Assembly: GCA_050250935.1 (NCBI GenBank)
Contig: JBFWNS010000003.1
Span: 1 to 64,000, forward strand
DNA length: 64,000 bases
Reading direction: 5' to 3'
Origin: Candidatus Margulisiibacteriota bacterium
Lineage (GTDB): Bacteria; Margulisbacteria; Marinamargulisbacteria; JBFWNS01
Part shown: in pieces, positions 16,993 through 27,681 of the stretch
Position numbering within the stretch: position 1 is the stretch's first letter
Layout of the letters: every line of letters begins with the position of its first letter
The notes under the pieces: model-generated
Told to the model about the DNA's origin: nothing
The model's input: only the letters and a program-made list of their open reading frames with translations
The model's database searches: none
Program-made: the position numbers and the translations under genes

Positions 16993-18915
16993 TTAGCGTT
17001 TGGACGTGAGAGAAAGCTTTGTTAGCGCTGTTTGAACAATCCCTTGAGAGGTCAGGTTGTAGGCGTTTCGCAAGGTGCCTAGTTTGCCGTGGTCTACAAA
17101 TTCGTCGGGGATGGCGATGCTGTGGAAGTGGGAGAGGGGTTTGTCGGTGGGAATGGATTGCAGAATGTGGGTGAAGACCCCGCCAATTTCCATGCCTTCT
17201 TCGACCACAATCACGGTTGAACTGCGACCAATCCAGGCGGAAAGGGTTTCGGTGTCCAAGGGTTTTACAAAACGCAGGTTGATGGCTGCGGTTTTAAGCC
17301 CATTGTCGGTTTCCAGGGTTTGCGCAGCTTCGCAAGCCGGCCAGGCCATGGAGCCCACCCCAATAATGAGTACATCGAGAGGTCCTGTTTCTGAACCATG
17401 AAGCACTTCTGCCTTTTGGGTATGCATGGGGGTTTGAATGCTGCCATTTTGTGCTGGGGGTTCGCCTTTGCCGTAGCGAACAGAAACGGCTTCGGGTTGG
17501 GTGACGGCCCAGTCGAGCATGGCTTTGAGCTCTTCCCCGTCTTTGGGGGCCAAAATGGTCAGGTGGGGAATGGGGAGCATGTAGTTGTAGTCAAAAACGC
17601 CGTGATGGGTGGGGCCATCTTCGCCAACCAATCCTGCGCGGTCCAAAGCAAAGATAACCGGTAGTTTTTGTAAACACACGTCGTGTACCATTTGGTCGTA
17701 GCCGCGTTGTAGAAAAGTCGAGTAAATGGCCAGCACGGGTTTTACCCCAGCTCGGGCCAGGCCGGCTGCAAAGGTTACGGCGTGTTCTTCGGCAATGCCC
17801 ACATCAAAAAACCGTTCGGGATAGGCCGCGGCATAGCCGTTTAGGCCGCTTCCGCCTTGCATGGCTGGGGTAATCACCACCATATCGGAGTGAACACCTG
17901 CCAAACGAACCATTTCTTCCCCAAAAATCTGGGTGTAAGTCTTGGCTTTGGGGGCTGGTGTTTTTTCCAGAGGCAGGGTTTCCAGGTTCTTTTTTTTCGG
18001 GGCCACACCGTGGTAGGTCACGGGATCGGCTTCGGCTTCTTGCAGCCCTTTTCCCTTGGTGGTGATGATGTGCACCATGATGGGGCCAGGGTAGTCCTTG
18101 GCAAAGTTGATGGCGGCCATCAGCATGGGCAAATCGTGGCCATCGATGGGGCCAATGTATTTGAATCCGAATTCTTCAAACAAAACCCCAACTTTGACAT
18201 CGATGATCAAATCACGGAAACGCTCCACAATTTTTTCGATCTTTTTATTTAAAGGCACCCCAATTCTGGGAATACGATTTAGAATACGTTGAAATTTGTT
18301 TTTCGCTCGGTTGTAAATGTCCGAGGTTCGCACGCGGGTGATGTAGTCCGACATGCTGCCTACTGGCGGCGAAATCGACATGTCGTTGTCATTTAAAATG
18401 CAAATGAAGTTGGAATTTTGGAAATCTTTGATGTTGTTTAAGGCTTCATAAGACATGCCACCAGAAAGTGAAGCATCGCCGATAATCGAAACCACGGTGT
18501 AGTCTTGTTTTAAAACGTCACGGGCTTTTGCAACGCCCAATCCTGCCGAAAGGGCTGTTGAGGCATGGCCTGCGCCAAAGGTGTCGTGTTCGCTTTCGTC
18601 GATTTTGGCAAACCCAGAGAGGCCGCCATCTTGGCGAATGGTGTACATGCGGTCCAAACGGCCGGTGAGCATTTTATGAACATAGGTTTGGTGCGAGGTG
18701 TCCCACAACAATCGGTCTTTGGGACTGTCCAGTAGAACATGTAGGGCTAGAGTGAGCTCTACAACGCCTAAATTCGAGGCCAAATGGCCGCCGCAAACGT
18801 TGCCAATGTCGACGAGTCGTTCGCGAATTTCGCCGGCCAACTGCTCCAGCTCGTTCAACGAAAGGCGTTTTAAATCTTGTGGAAACTGCAGTGTGTCGAG
18901 TAAGGACTGTGTCAT
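16993..18915 (-). CDS. dxs: 1-deoxy-D-xylulose-5-phosphate synthase
   Basis: GGHLASNLGVVEL, GDASLSGGM..EALNN, DVGIAEEHA, DRAGLVGEDGPTHHG. Confidence 0.97.
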   Translation of the reverse strand: MTQSLLDTLQFPQDLKRLSLNELEQLAGEIRERLVDIGNVCGGHLASNLGVVELTLALHVLLDSPKDRLLWDTSHQTYVHKMLTGRLDRMYTIRQDGGLSGFAKIDESEHDTFGAGHASTALSAGLGVAKARDVLKQDYTVVSIIGDASLSGGMSYEALNNIKDFQNSNFICILNDNDMSISPPVGSMSDYITRVRTSDIYNRAKNKFQRILNRIPRIGVPLNKKIEKIVERFRDLIIDVKVGVLFEEFGFKYIGPIDGHDLPMLMAAINFAKDYPGPIMVHIITTKGKGLQEAEADPVTYHGVAPKKKNLETLPLEKTPAPKAKTYTQIFGEEMVRLAGVHSDMVVITPAMQGGSGLNGYAAAYPERFFDVGIAEEHAVTFAAGLARAGVKPVLAIYSTFLQRGYDQMVHDVCLQKLPVIFALDRAGLVGEDGPTHHGVFDYNYMLPIPHLTILAPKDGEELKAMLDWAVTQPEAVSVRYGKGEPPAQNGSIQTPMHTQKAEVLHGSETGPLDVLIIGVGSMAWPACEAAQTLETDNGLKTAAINLRFVKPLDTETLSAWIGRSSTVIVVEEGMEIGGVFTHILQSIPTDKPLSHFHSIAIPDEFVDHGKLGTLRNAYNLTSQGIVQTALTKLSLTSKR

Positions 18916-18927
18916 GGTTTGGGTTCT

Positions 18928-19380
18928 CTAGTAAAACAAGGTAAACGCAACCCCGATACCCAACAAGGAACCGGCTGCAACTTCGAGGGGAGTGTGGCCA
19001 AGCAGTTCTGTTAAATGAACCGCTTTAAATTCGCCTTTTTGAACGTAGTCATCCATCATTTGGTTGAGGATTTCGGCTTGCTTTCCTACCGCCTGTCGGA
19101 TGCCTGCCGCATCATATAACACGACCAGTGAAAAGACAACGCACATGCACAGTAAACTCGAGGTCCACCCTTCCTTTAAGCCGACCCCTGTGGTCAGACC
19201 CATAACCATGGCCGAATGCGAAGAGGGCATACCGCCTGCAGTGAACATCAATTTGAGGTTGATTTTGCCTTCTTTGATATAAAAATAGATCAGTTTAATC
19301 AGCTGGGCCGTAAGCATGGCCAGCAAAGCGCTGGTGAGGGGATAAAGTTCAAAAAAAAGTTCCGTCACTTGAAGGTGCAT
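18928..19380 (-). CDS. Divergent PAP2 family protein (DUF212)
   Basis: GGMPSSHS, YDAAGIR, ELLGHTP.EV. Confidence 0.9.
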   Translation of the reverse strand: MHLQVTELFFELYPLTSALLAMLTAQLIKLIYFYIKEGKINLKLMFTAGGMPSSHSAMVMGLTTGVGLKEGWTSSLLCMCVVFSLVVLYDAAGIRQAVGKQAEILNQMMDDYVQKGEFKAVHLTELLGHTPLEVAAGSLLGIGVAFTLFY

Positions 19381-20276
19381 CAGCTGTTTCTTTCTTCCAG
19401 GTAGGCAATCATACTGTCTAGGACGGCGGTGTTAAAGTTGTTTTTGATTAAGGACAAGGCTGCCTTGGCCAAGGTTGCTTGTTCGGTCGCCTGTTGTTTG
19501 GCCCCTTCTAGTCCACACAAAGACACATAGGTCAGTTTGTTTTGTTCCAGATCTTTGCCCACGGATTTGCCAATGGTTTCTTTGTCGCCGGTCACATCTA
19601 AAATATCATCAATAATTTGGAACAAGAGCCCCAAATGATGCCCATAGGTTTCGAGGGCCACCAAGGTGTCGAAACCAGCGCCTGCCAAAATCGCCGGCGT
19701 GGTGATGGAGGTTTGAATTAGGGCCCCGGTTTTAAGCTCGTGGGTTTGTTTTAAATAGGTGATATCTTGTTTGCCATTGGCCCCTTTTAAATCTAAAACT
19801 TGGCCACCAGACATGCCGTCTAGACCAAAGGATTGGGCCAAAATGCCCATGGTTTTTAGAACCGCTTCGGCTGCAAAAGGGGGATGCAATTGGGTGGCTA
19901 GAATTTCGAAAGCCAAGGTGTGCATGGTGTCGCCTGCTAAAATGGCCATATCCTCGCCAAATTTTTTGTGGCAGGTCAGTTGGCCGCGGCGATAGTCGTC
20001 GTTGTCCATGGCCGGCAAATCGTCGTGGATCAGCGAATAGGTATGGACCATTTCGATGGCACAGGCTAGGGGCAGGATTTTTGTGTAGTCGGCATCAAAG
20101 AGTTGAAAGGTGGCCAAGGCTAAAATGGGGCGAACCCGCTTGGCTTTGGTGCTAAGGCTGTATTGCATGGCCTCGACCAATTCTTGTCTGGGGTCTGTTA
20201 AGGACACCTTCAGCTGGTCTTGAAGCGCGGTTTCGATGATGGGGCGAAAGGTCGCGCTAAAGTGTTCGAAGCTCAT
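19380..20276 (-). CDS. ispA: Farnesyl/geranylgeranyl diphosphate synthase
   Basis: [18 protein letters not shown] and FQIIDDILD motifs. Confidence 0.92.
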   Translation of the reverse strand: MSFEHFSATFRPIIETALQDQLKVSLTDPRQELVEAMQYSLSTKAKRVRPILALATFQLFDADYTKILPLACAIEMVHTYSLIHDDLPAMDNDDYRRGQLTCHKKFGEDMAILAGDTMHTLAFEILATQLHPPFAAEAVLKTMGILAQSFGLDGMSGGQVLDLKGANGKQDITYLKQTHELKTGALIQTSITTPAILAGAGFDTLVALETYGHHLGLLFQIIDDILDVTGDKETIGKSVGKDLEQNKLTYVSLCGLEGAKQQATEQATLAKAALSLIKNNFNTAVLDSMIAYLEERNS

Positions 20277-20506
20277 GCGTCTAGCGCTGCCAGTTGGGTT
20301 AGAATTTTGTCCCCGTCTTGCTTAAGCACCGTAATCGTGTTTTGGGCTTGTTCCAGGGCTTTTTGGGTTTCTCCAGCCAGCTGAATGGCTTTGGCATAGT
20401 GGGAAACCGCTTGGTCCAGATCCAGGTCGGGATCTTCCAGATTCCCCAATAAATCTTCAAGTGCGGCCAGGTTTGATTTGATGTTTTGTTTAGGTTGTTT
20501 TGTCAT
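20273..20506 (-). CDS. xseB: Exodeoxyribonuclease VII small subunit
   Basis: LEDLLGNLE..LDQAVSHY..L..AQ pattern; lies between xseA and ispA. Confidence 0.8.
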   Translation of the reverse strand: MTKQPKQNIKSNLAALEDLLGNLEDPDLDLDQAVSHYAKAIQLAGETQKALEQAQNTITVLKQDGDKILTQLAALDA

Positions 20507-21644
20507 GGGAGGTGATGTTGGTGATGGTCGAAACCACGGTTCCATCGGCAAATTCTGTTGAAATGGCGTCGCCCATTTGGGCTTGATGCACTGATTTTAA
20601 AACCCGATTTTGGATTCGGGTAATACTAAAACCTTGCCTGAGTTTGTGCAAGGGATTGGCTTGCTCGAGCCTGTGCAGGTGATGATCGAGGCGGGTGCTG
20701 GTTTGATCTGCTTTTTGGAAGAGCCGAACCTGAATGAGCTGAAGAAGCGATGTCAGTTTGGCGGATTCTGTGCTTACCCGATGATCCAGGACTTGAGCAG
20801 CCCGTTCCAGGTTGTGGGCCAAGGTGATTTTGGCTTGAACAAAGGGTTCGCAAAGGGTTTTGGCGGCAGCTGTTGGGGTGGGGCAGCGTAAATCGGCTGC
20901 AAAATCGGCCAGGGTATAGTCCACTTCGTGCCCAATGGCCGTCAGGGTGGGGATGGGGCAGTGCGCCAAGGTTCGGACCAAGGCTTCGTCGTTAAAACTG
21001 GCCAAATCTTCAGCGGCGCCCCCACCTCGAAGTAAGACCAGGGCATCGAGTGGGTGGGTTTTATGATAGGTTTCGGCCATCTGAAACGCTTCGATGACAC
21101 TGGTTGCAGACTGTGCCCCTTGCATGGTGGCGGGGATCAGGTGCAAGTGAATGGGCACTTTGGCAGCCGAAACGATGCTGACAAAATCCCACATTGCAGC
21201 CGAATTGGGGGCCGTAATGCAGGCCACCGTTTTGGGATAAGGGGGAATGGCTTTTTTTCGAGCTTCGTCGAACAACCCTTCGGCCAGCAGTTTTTGTTTA
21301 AGGGCTTCAAAGGTTTTGGCGCCCAGCCCCTTGTCGCCTTCTTGCATGTAGACGGCTTGGAACATCAGGGTTCCCCGTTTGTGGTGATAAATCAGTTTGC
21401 CTTTGACCACAACCTCTGTGCCATTTTGGGGCTCAAACCGAAGCTTGTCGGCGTAAGATTTGTACATCACCCCATTAATCTGGGACTCGGCATCGCAGAG
21501 GGTAAAATAGAGCTGCCCCCCAGCTGCGTACCATTTAACGTTAGACAACTCGCCTTTTAAATCAAAAGACGCCCAAACATCGGGGTTTTCGATAATGGCT
21601 TTGATCAGCTGATTCAGCTCGGTAACGGAGAGTACAACTGTCAT
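20490..21644 (-). CDS. xseA: Exodeoxyribonuclease VII large subunit
   Basis: LSVTELN, GELSN, RGGGAAEDL..FNDE, AIGHEVD, PTPTAAA. Confidence 0.95.
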   Translation of the reverse strand: MTVVLSVTELNQLIKAIIENPDVWASFDLKGELSNVKWYAAGGQLYFTLCDAESQINGVMYKSYADKLRFEPQNGTEVVVKGKLIYHHKRGTLMFQAVYMQEGDKGLGAKTFEALKQKLLAEGLFDEARKKAIPPYPKTVACITAPNSAAMWDFVSIVSAAKVPIHLHLIPATMQGAQSATSVIEAFQMAETYHKTHPLDALVLLRGGGAAEDLASFNDEALVRTLAHCPIPTLTAIGHEVDYTLADFAADLRCPTPTAAAKTLCEPFVQAKITLAHNLERAAQVLDHRVSTESAKLTSLLQLIQVRLFQKADQTSTRLDHHLHRLEQANPLHKLRQGFSITRIQNRVLKSVHQAQMGDAISTEFADGTVVSTITNITSHDKTT

Positions 21645-23080
21645 GCAGACAGGCATTGCCCCACAGCCGACAGCCAATCAGAATAGCGTCGGGTGCGCAG
21701 GTCTTCGCTCCATTTGGGAGAGAACGTGGTTTTAATAGCATTGCCTTGAGCTCGAAAATCGGGTTTGCCCAAAGCTTGTGCGGCCAGTGCAGCAACCCCA
21801 AAAGCCGTGGCTTCGGCGCAGGTGGTGGTTTGAACCGGAATGCCCAAAATGTCGGCTTGAAGTTGCATTAGTAAGGTGTTCTGACTGGCGCCACCATCGG
21901 CCCTTAAAAGCGACACCTTGACCCCCTCGTGCCCCATTTGCTCAATCACGTCTCGGGTTTGATAGGCCAAAGCTTCCAAGGCCGCTCTGGCGATGTGGGC
22001 TTTTGTGGTGCCACGGGTTAGCCCGGTGATGAGACCTTTGGCATCGGGCATCCAATAGGGGGCGCCAAGGCCAGTTAACGCAGGGATAATGACCACCCCG
22101 TCGCTGTCGTCTACGGTTCGGGCCAGGGTTTCGATCTCGGCAGCGTTGTGAATCAGGCCTAAGCCATCCCGCAGCCATTGCACCAAAGATCCCCCCACAA
22201 ATACGCTGCCTTCCAGGGCATATCGGGTTTCGGTGGCGGTTTTCCAGGCTATGGTTGAAATCAGCCGGTCCGAGACCTGTGGGGTTTCGGTGGCTGTTAC
22301 CACAAAGAGCCCTGTGCCATAGGTGTTTTTAACAATGCCGGTTCCGCTGTGGTTTTGGGCAAATAAAGCTGCTTGTTGGTCTCCCAAAACCGCGCGAATG
22401 GGCAGGGGTTTTTCAAAGACCGTTGCGTCTCCAAAGTCGGCATCCGAATTTAAGAGGGTGGGGAGCATGGCTTTGGGAATGCCAAAGAGGCGAAGGAGTT
22501 CGTCGTCGTAGGCTTGGGTTTTTAGATTCACCAGCATGGTTCGCGAGGCATTGGTGGCGTCGGTGGCATGGGTTTTGCCTTGGGTTAGGTTCCAGATCAG
22601 CCAAGAATCAATGGTGCCAAACAGGGCAATGCCGGCCTCTGCGTCTTGCCGAAGCCCAGGGACATTGTCCAGCAACCACCGCAGTTTGGAGGCCGAAAAA
22701 TAGGGGTCTAAAAACAAGCCGGTTTTGTCTTTGATTAGTCCGCGATGTGGGGCCCATTGGGCACAGATCTCTGTTGTTCTGCGGCATTGCCAGACAATGG
22801 CATTGTAATAGGGTTTGCCGGTGTGTTTGTTCCAGACCACGGTGGTCTCGCGTTGGTTGGTAATGGCAATGGCGTGTAGGGCCTCGATGCCAACGGTTGC
22901 AATGGCGGTTTTGGCTACGGACAGGGCGGTTTCTAGAATCTCGGTGGGATTGTGTTCGACCCAGCCTGGATTGGGAAAATATTGAGGGAATTCTGAATAG
23001 GCTTGGGCCAGGGTTTTTCCTGTTTCGTCGAGCACAAGGGCTCGGTTGCCGGTGGTTCCTAAGTCGAAGGTAAGGATCAT
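21641..23080 (-). CDS. glpK: Glycerol kinase
   Basis: DLGTTG, ITNQRETT, DPYFSASK, GDQQAALF, KNTYGTG, ADGGAS. Confidence 0.95.
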   Translation of the reverse strand: MILTFDLGTTGNRALVLDETGKTLAQAYSEFPQYFPNPGWVEHNPTEILETALSVAKTAIATVGIEALHAIAITNQRETTVVWNKHTGKPYYNAIVWQCRRTTEICAQWAPHRGLIKDKTGLFLDPYFSASKLRWLLDNVPGLRQDAEAGIALFGTIDSWLIWNLTQGKTHATDATNASRTMLVNLKTQAYDDELLRLFGIPKAMLPTLLNSDADFGDATVFEKPLPIRAVLGDQQAALFAQNHSGTGIVKNTYGTGLFVVTATETPQVSDRLISTIAWKTATETRYALEGSVFVGGSLVQWLRDGLGLIHNAAEIETLARTVDDSDGVVIIPALTGLGAPYWMPDAKGLITGLTRGTTKAHIARAALEALAYQTRDVIEQMGHEGVKVSLLRADGGASQNTLLMQLQADILGIPVQTTTCAEATAFGVAALAAQALGKPDFRAQGNAIKTTFSPKWSEDLRTRRYSDWLSAVGQCLSA

Positions 23081-23278
23081 GGGGTGCTTTCGTTTGGGGT
23101 AAAGTTTGGAGTTATTGTATCATTTTTTCGTCTATTGCATCTATCCTTTTGGGTTTTTTGTGATCGTCTTTATGTCGACTCGGTTTATTTTCTATAGATA
23201 ATCACGTTGGTGATGAGATGGCGGTGTGGTAGACTACGAAGAAATGCCCTCCGAACCGTGCGCACAAGGATTTTTTGA

Positions 23279-24178
23279 ATGAAAAAAACAAACCTTCATC
23301 TGGTTATTCGAGTGTTGCTGTTGGCTTTGGTAGCCCTAGGGCTATCGGGCTGCGGCACCACCGAAAACGTGACAGCGTATTACCACTTCCCAGCCTGGCT
23401 GTCGGACGGCCGCATTATAGCTGTTAAAGAAGAGCGAAAGACGATCAAAACGCTTGGTGGGCTCAGCAACAGCACGGCGGTCGAGCAAACCTACAAAGTG
23501 GTGGTGATGAACGGCGATGGCGGCAACGAGCATGTGGTGGTGGACACAAGGGATTTTGTGTACAGCAGCTTCAATGGGTCTCCCTCGGGCAATTATGTGG
23601 CGATGGATGCCGGTTCTCGGGTGGACATTTACAACGCGTCGTTTCAGAAGGTTAGTACGATTGTGGTGGGTGGAGAGGGGACTTCGATTCAGTCGTATGA
23701 TTGGAGTCCGGATGAGGAAAATCTAGTGATTCAAACCCAAGGAGGCCCAGTTTCTATTTACAGTCGGCTGGGAGAAAAGATTCGGGATATGTCGAGTATC
23801 GACTATGTCTATGCATGGAAGTACAACGAGCTGATTTTTGGGGATTCGGGAACCTATCCTAACCGTGTTCAGAAGTTTGTTACGATTCAAGATCAAGTTA
23901 TTAGATCAACTTCCGAGGCTGGTCTTGCAAATCAGTACTTTGTTGGTGGGGTATCCTACTTCAATAAAATTTCAAAAATTAGCGTAACGGATTTTTCTAT
24001 TGAACAATCCTACCCAACCCTAAACGCAGTCCTCAGTGGAGGGCCGTATGATGGGTATTACAGACTGGCGCTGAATCCCATAAACCCGGCGAATAGCGAA
24101 GAGGTGTTGTATGCGGATGGAAACGGTATTTATGTTGTAAAGTTGGATGGAACTGGGCAAAGGACAGTGCGAGAATGA
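23279..24178 (+). CDS. Lipoprotein with TolB-like beta-propeller
   Basis: Lipobox LSGC; FPAWLSDGRI, SPSG, DWSPDE, IYVVKLDGTG repeats. Confidence 0.75.
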   Translation: MKKTNLHLVIRVLLLALVALGLSGCGTTENVTAYYHFPAWLSDGRIIAVKEERKTIKTLGGLSNSTAVEQTYKVVVMNGDGGNEHVVVDTRDFVYSSFNGSPSGNYVAMDAGSRVDIYNASFQKVSTIVVGGEGTSIQSYDWSPDEENLVIQTQGGPVSIYSRLGEKIRDMSSIDYVYAWKYNELIFGDSGTYPNRVQKFVTIQDQVIRSTSEAGLANQYFVGGVSYFNKISKISVTDFSIEQSYPTLNAVLSGGPYDGYYRLALNPINPANSEEVLYADGNGIYVVKLDGTGQRTVRE

Positions 24179-26952
24179 AAAAAAAGGTTTGGGGGGTTGT
24201 TTTGGGGGTATTGATGTTGGCCCACACGCTGTGTTTTGGCGAGCAAAAGCTGAATCCCTATCAGGACTATATTTTTGTGGTGGTTCATGGGTTAAACGAC
24301 TACCGCGGTTCTTTTATTGGAAAAAGTGAAGAGTTTGATAGCCAAAAGAATTCGGTCCGGAATTTTATTCAAATTCTAAACAGGTGGGGTATTCCGAAAG
24401 AACAGGTGTTTGCCTATTCGTTTACCCGAAACCGCAGTTCCAATTTGCAAAACGCGATGGAATTGGGGTTGAGGGGGTATAAGCCGCCCTTGGGTGGGCC
24501 AGAGTTGGACCATCAGCGGCGCATTAATGCCGGGGAAGCCCCGCCGTATTTGGATTACAACAATGTTTTTGATTTAGAAAACAACGATCTTCACAAACGG
24601 CGAGAGCTGTATAGCTATATGCCGTCTTTGGACAAGTATTTTGCAACGGGGGTCGAATATGGGAATTGTTGGTTGGAGCAGGCGGTTAAGGACTGGAAGG
24701 TTTCTTTTTTTAATAGTGCCAGAAATATTGTGGTCAAAAATGGCAGAAGCGAATTTATATATGATTCAATTGATAAAATCCCCGCCTCCATCGTCCCCAA
24801 AAAATACATTTTAATCACCCACAGCATGGGGAATTTGAGTACTCGGTTGTACATTTATTCCAACGAATTGGCGAAAAAGGGAGAGCAGTTTCGGGAGGGG
24901 TTTTATCAAAACGACATCGCAAAAGTGGTGTTTGTGGCGCCGCCACTTGAAGGCAGCAACGTGGCGGCCTTGGCGGCGATTTCTCCGGAAGTGGATGTGC
25001 TGTTTAAAAGTTTGGATGTGGGTGGGCAAGCCCTGTGGCTCTATGATTTTTTAACCCAAAAAGCCAAATTTAGCCCGATGTGGCCCTATGAAGCAGCGAT
25101 ATGGTTTTTGAATAAATTTCCAGAAAACGATCAGACCTTTAAAAGTGCTTTTGGGTTTAAGGATCCCAAGCGATGGAATTTGGCGGCCCAAGAACTGATG
25201 CAAAACAGTGGGGTCGTGAATTCCCTTCGGTCTGTAGAAATGACCGACAAACAAAAAGAGCCAAGCTATGCCATTGTTTATGGCAAGGGCATGGTCATGC
25301 CCAATACGGACAACAGTGTGGGAATGTTTCGGGCGGCCACGATGGTCACGGACCCGACGCTGTATCAAAACAAGGCGTCGGGTGTTCCGGTTGTGGGGGA
25401 GAGTATGGCTTCTGCTGCTGGGGCTGTTTTGTCGCTGCCGGTGCTTAGCAATGTGTCGTCTGCAGTTGCCCAATACAATCAAGCGGTGTCTGGGTTAACG
25501 GGGTCCGAACTCATGAAGAATGTAATGTATTTGAGCTTGGATAAAGATTTTTGGGGATTATCGACGAATACGGCCCGGTTTCTGGCCTTTATGAAAACCT
25601 ATGGCACGGGTGGATTTGTGCATTGGACCAAAGATGGGGATGGGGCGGTTCCCGTAGAAAGTGGGGCTGGCTATGGTGTTAAACACTTGGCCAAAGCGCA
25701 ACGCTATGAACGAACCCTTAAAGACGACAGCATGGAGGCCTTGTTGGGAGAAGATTTACCCAAAATGGTGGTGGGTGCCGAACTGGCACGGTCGGTGATG
25801 CTGACTTATGGATTGCCGGATGTGTTTGCCACCTATGTGACCCGATTGGGGGTGAGTGGGTGGTTGGTGTGTAAGGTCTTGGAAAACAGAAAAGGATTGG
25901 ACAAGGTTTTGGATGCACATAGTGTGATGCTCGAACAACAAGATTTGATCCTTAAAGGCCTCTTTGACACCCCCCTAATCACCTTTAAAGACAGCCAATA
26001 CCTGGCCAGCCAAAATAGCCTGTGGGGCGGGGTTTTCGAGGTGACGAAAAATGCCCAGCCTAGCGCCAGTGCTGGGGAATTGTACCAACCCATCACGGTG
26101 ACCCAAGGTGGCGAGACGTTTCAAATATTGCGGATCGCGACGTTGAATCAAGAAACCACATCGTTGGATGATCCCGAACGGATTTTGTTCAATGCAGACC
26201 CGAGGGGTCAGGGGCCAGATGGGACGGTGGGCGACCAAAAGTTGTCGGTGATCGCAACAGATAAAGAACGACTTTATTTGCGGGGTTTGATCCAAGACCT
26301 GGTGCCCAAAAAAGTGGTGGCCCAATACAGCATGAACTTTGGGGGATGGACAGATTTACAGTCCAGGATTCAAGAAGATGGACGGTTTGAACTGGGCCCG
26401 ATTCCGCTGTCGGAAGGTCAGAATATTGTGGCGTTTAAGCTGCGAAACCAGGCCGGATACAGCAGTAACCAATACCTTAAGATCCTCAAAACCGGCATCA
26501 CCCTACAACCGGTGTTGGACGAACTGAGCCCGCAACCGGATTCGATTACAAACAACAAAACCATCCAAGTGAAGTTGGTGTACCAAAACATGAAGTACAG
26601 CGACACAGCGGCGAATAAAATAGCCATCGACGAGTTGTATGTGCAAGTGGACCCGATTCAAAACCCAGGGGTGCCGACGCCAAGCATCCCGTTTAGCCCG
26701 ACCACGAACATCATCAAGGCCTTCCCGGACCAGGTGCGCAAAAGCCAGCCAACGGTGAACAACTTGAACCGGTTGGAGTTGGCGTACACCTTACCCAGCT
26801 TGCCCGATGGCCGGTACACCATCATTGCCAAGGCCCACGATGCGTACAACACGGAAAGCTATTTGCGGTATGGGTTTTCGGTGGACAGGACACCGCCGCG
26901 GATTAAGATTTTTAAAATTGGGGTTTATAACCCGCATAAGGGGCAGCGGTGA
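24175..26952 (+). CDS. Secreted alpha/beta hydrolase (lipase/PGAP1-like) with Ig-like C-terminal domains, possibly truncated
   Basis: Signal peptide; VVVHGL; THSMG nucleophile elbow; APPLEGS; DGAVP; LPDGRYTIIAKAHD..VDRTPP. Confidence 0.7.
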   Translation: MKKKVWGVVLGVLMLAHTLCFGEQKLNPYQDYIFVVVHGLNDYRGSFIGKSEEFDSQKNSVRNFIQILNRWGIPKEQVFAYSFTRNRSSNLQNAMELGLRGYKPPLGGPELDHQRRINAGEAPPYLDYNNVFDLENNDLHKRRELYSYMPSLDKYFATGVEYGNCWLEQAVKDWKVSFFNSARNIVVKNGRSEFIYDSIDKIPASIVPKKYILITHSMGNLSTRLYIYSNELAKKGEQFREGFYQNDIAKVVFVAPPLEGSNVAALAAISPEVDVLFKSLDVGGQALWLYDFLTQKAKFSPMWPYEAAIWFLNKFPENDQTFKSAFGFKDPKRWNLAAQELMQNSGVVNSLRSVEMTDKQKEPSYAIVYGKGMVMPNTDNSVGMFRAATMVTDPTLYQNKASGVPVVGESMASAAGAVLSLPVLSNVSSAVAQYNQAVSGLTGSELMKNVMYLSLDKDFWGLSTNTARFLAFMKTYGTGGFVHWTKDGDGAVPVESGAGYGVKHLAKAQRYERTLKDDSMEALLGEDLPKMVVGAELARSVMLTYGLPDVFATYVTRLGVSGWLVCKVLENRKGLDKVLDAHSVMLEQQDLILKGLFDTPLITFKDSQYLASQNSLWGGVFEVTKNAQPSASAGELYQPITVTQGGETFQILRIATLNQETTSLDDPERILFNADPRGQGPDGTVGDQKLSVIATDKERLYLRGLIQDLVPKKVVAQYSMNFGGWTDLQSRIQEDGRFELGPIPLSEGQNIVAFKLRNQAGYSSNQYLKILKTGITLQPVLDELSPQPDSITNNKTIQVKLVYQNMKYSDTAANKIAIDELYVQVDPIQNPGVPTPSIPFSPTTNIIKAFPDQVRKSQPTVNNLNRLELAYTLPSLPDGRYTIIAKAHDAYNTESYLRYGFSVDRTPPRIKIFKIGVYNPHKGQR

Positions 26953-26954
26953 TT

Positions 26955-27491
26955 TTATTTCAGAACCATGGGTAAACGCAGGGGTTGGCCGGTATAGCCT
27001 TCGAAGGCCCGTTTAAAGTCGTGGTCTGACACCCAACGTTCTGGGGTTTCAAGAAGTCCTTCTATCCACAAAAATTCGCCGTGAAAAGCGGCCTTAATGT
27101 GATCGAGTTCTCGTTCGGTGTTCAGGGCTGCGAGGGTTCGAATTAATAAGGCAAACAAGTCTTCGTTGTGTTGATCAAACACCGTGGCTTTGCGAATGAT
27201 GTCAAAAAAATAGCCCATTAAACTGATTTTATTAAAATCGGCCCGAATGGCTGTAAACAAACTTTTGGGCGTGGCGTCGCTTAAATATAAAAACGAACGG
27301 CCTTGGGTGCAGGTTAAAGCAATGTGTGCCCCGGGTTCCAAACGCCCCCCAAATTGCAGGGATTTTTTCTGGGCCGATTTGGCCAAAACCTTGACCTTGC
27401 CCAGGGTTGGCGAAAAAATTTCAACCAAGCGATCGTGGTCGAACAAGGGCTTTGCCGTAAACACAACCCCCTCGAATTGCACGGATTTCAT
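26955..27491 (-). CDS. recO: DNA repair protein RecO (compact form)
   Basis: EGVVF..DHDRLVEIFS..LGKVKVLAKSA..FGGRLEP N-terminal OB fold. Confidence 0.85.
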   Translation of the reverse strand: MKSVQFEGVVFTAKPLFDHDRLVEIFSPTLGKVKVLAKSAQKKSLQFGGRLEPGAHIALTCTQGRSFLYLSDATPKSLFTAIRADFNKISLMGYFFDIIRKATVFDQHNEDLFALLIRTLAALNTERELDHIKAAFHGEFLWIEGLLETPERWVSDHDFKRAFEGYTGQPLRLPMVLK

Positions 27492-27591
27492 GGCGATAGC
27501 ATACACCAAAATTTGACAGTGGGGGTGATTTTTTTTAGACTCTTAAAGCAGAAGACAGGAAGCCACACAAAACCTGTCGAAAACTAACCCC

Positions 27592-27681
27592 CTAGTGGAT
27601 CAGACTTGAGGTTAGGAGTAGTAAAATCGCTGTGGTCGCTAGGATCATGGCGATTTTTTTTGTCCATCTGTAATGGTTCAA
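27592..27681 (-). CDS. Small hydrophobic peptide, candidate type I toxin (29 aa)
   Basis: AGGAGGTGA SD, then TTG: MNHYRWTKKIAMILATTAILLLLTSSLIH*; below the ORF-track length cutoff. Confidence 0.65.
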   Translation of the reverse strand: MNHYRWTKKIAMILATTAILLLLTSSLIH

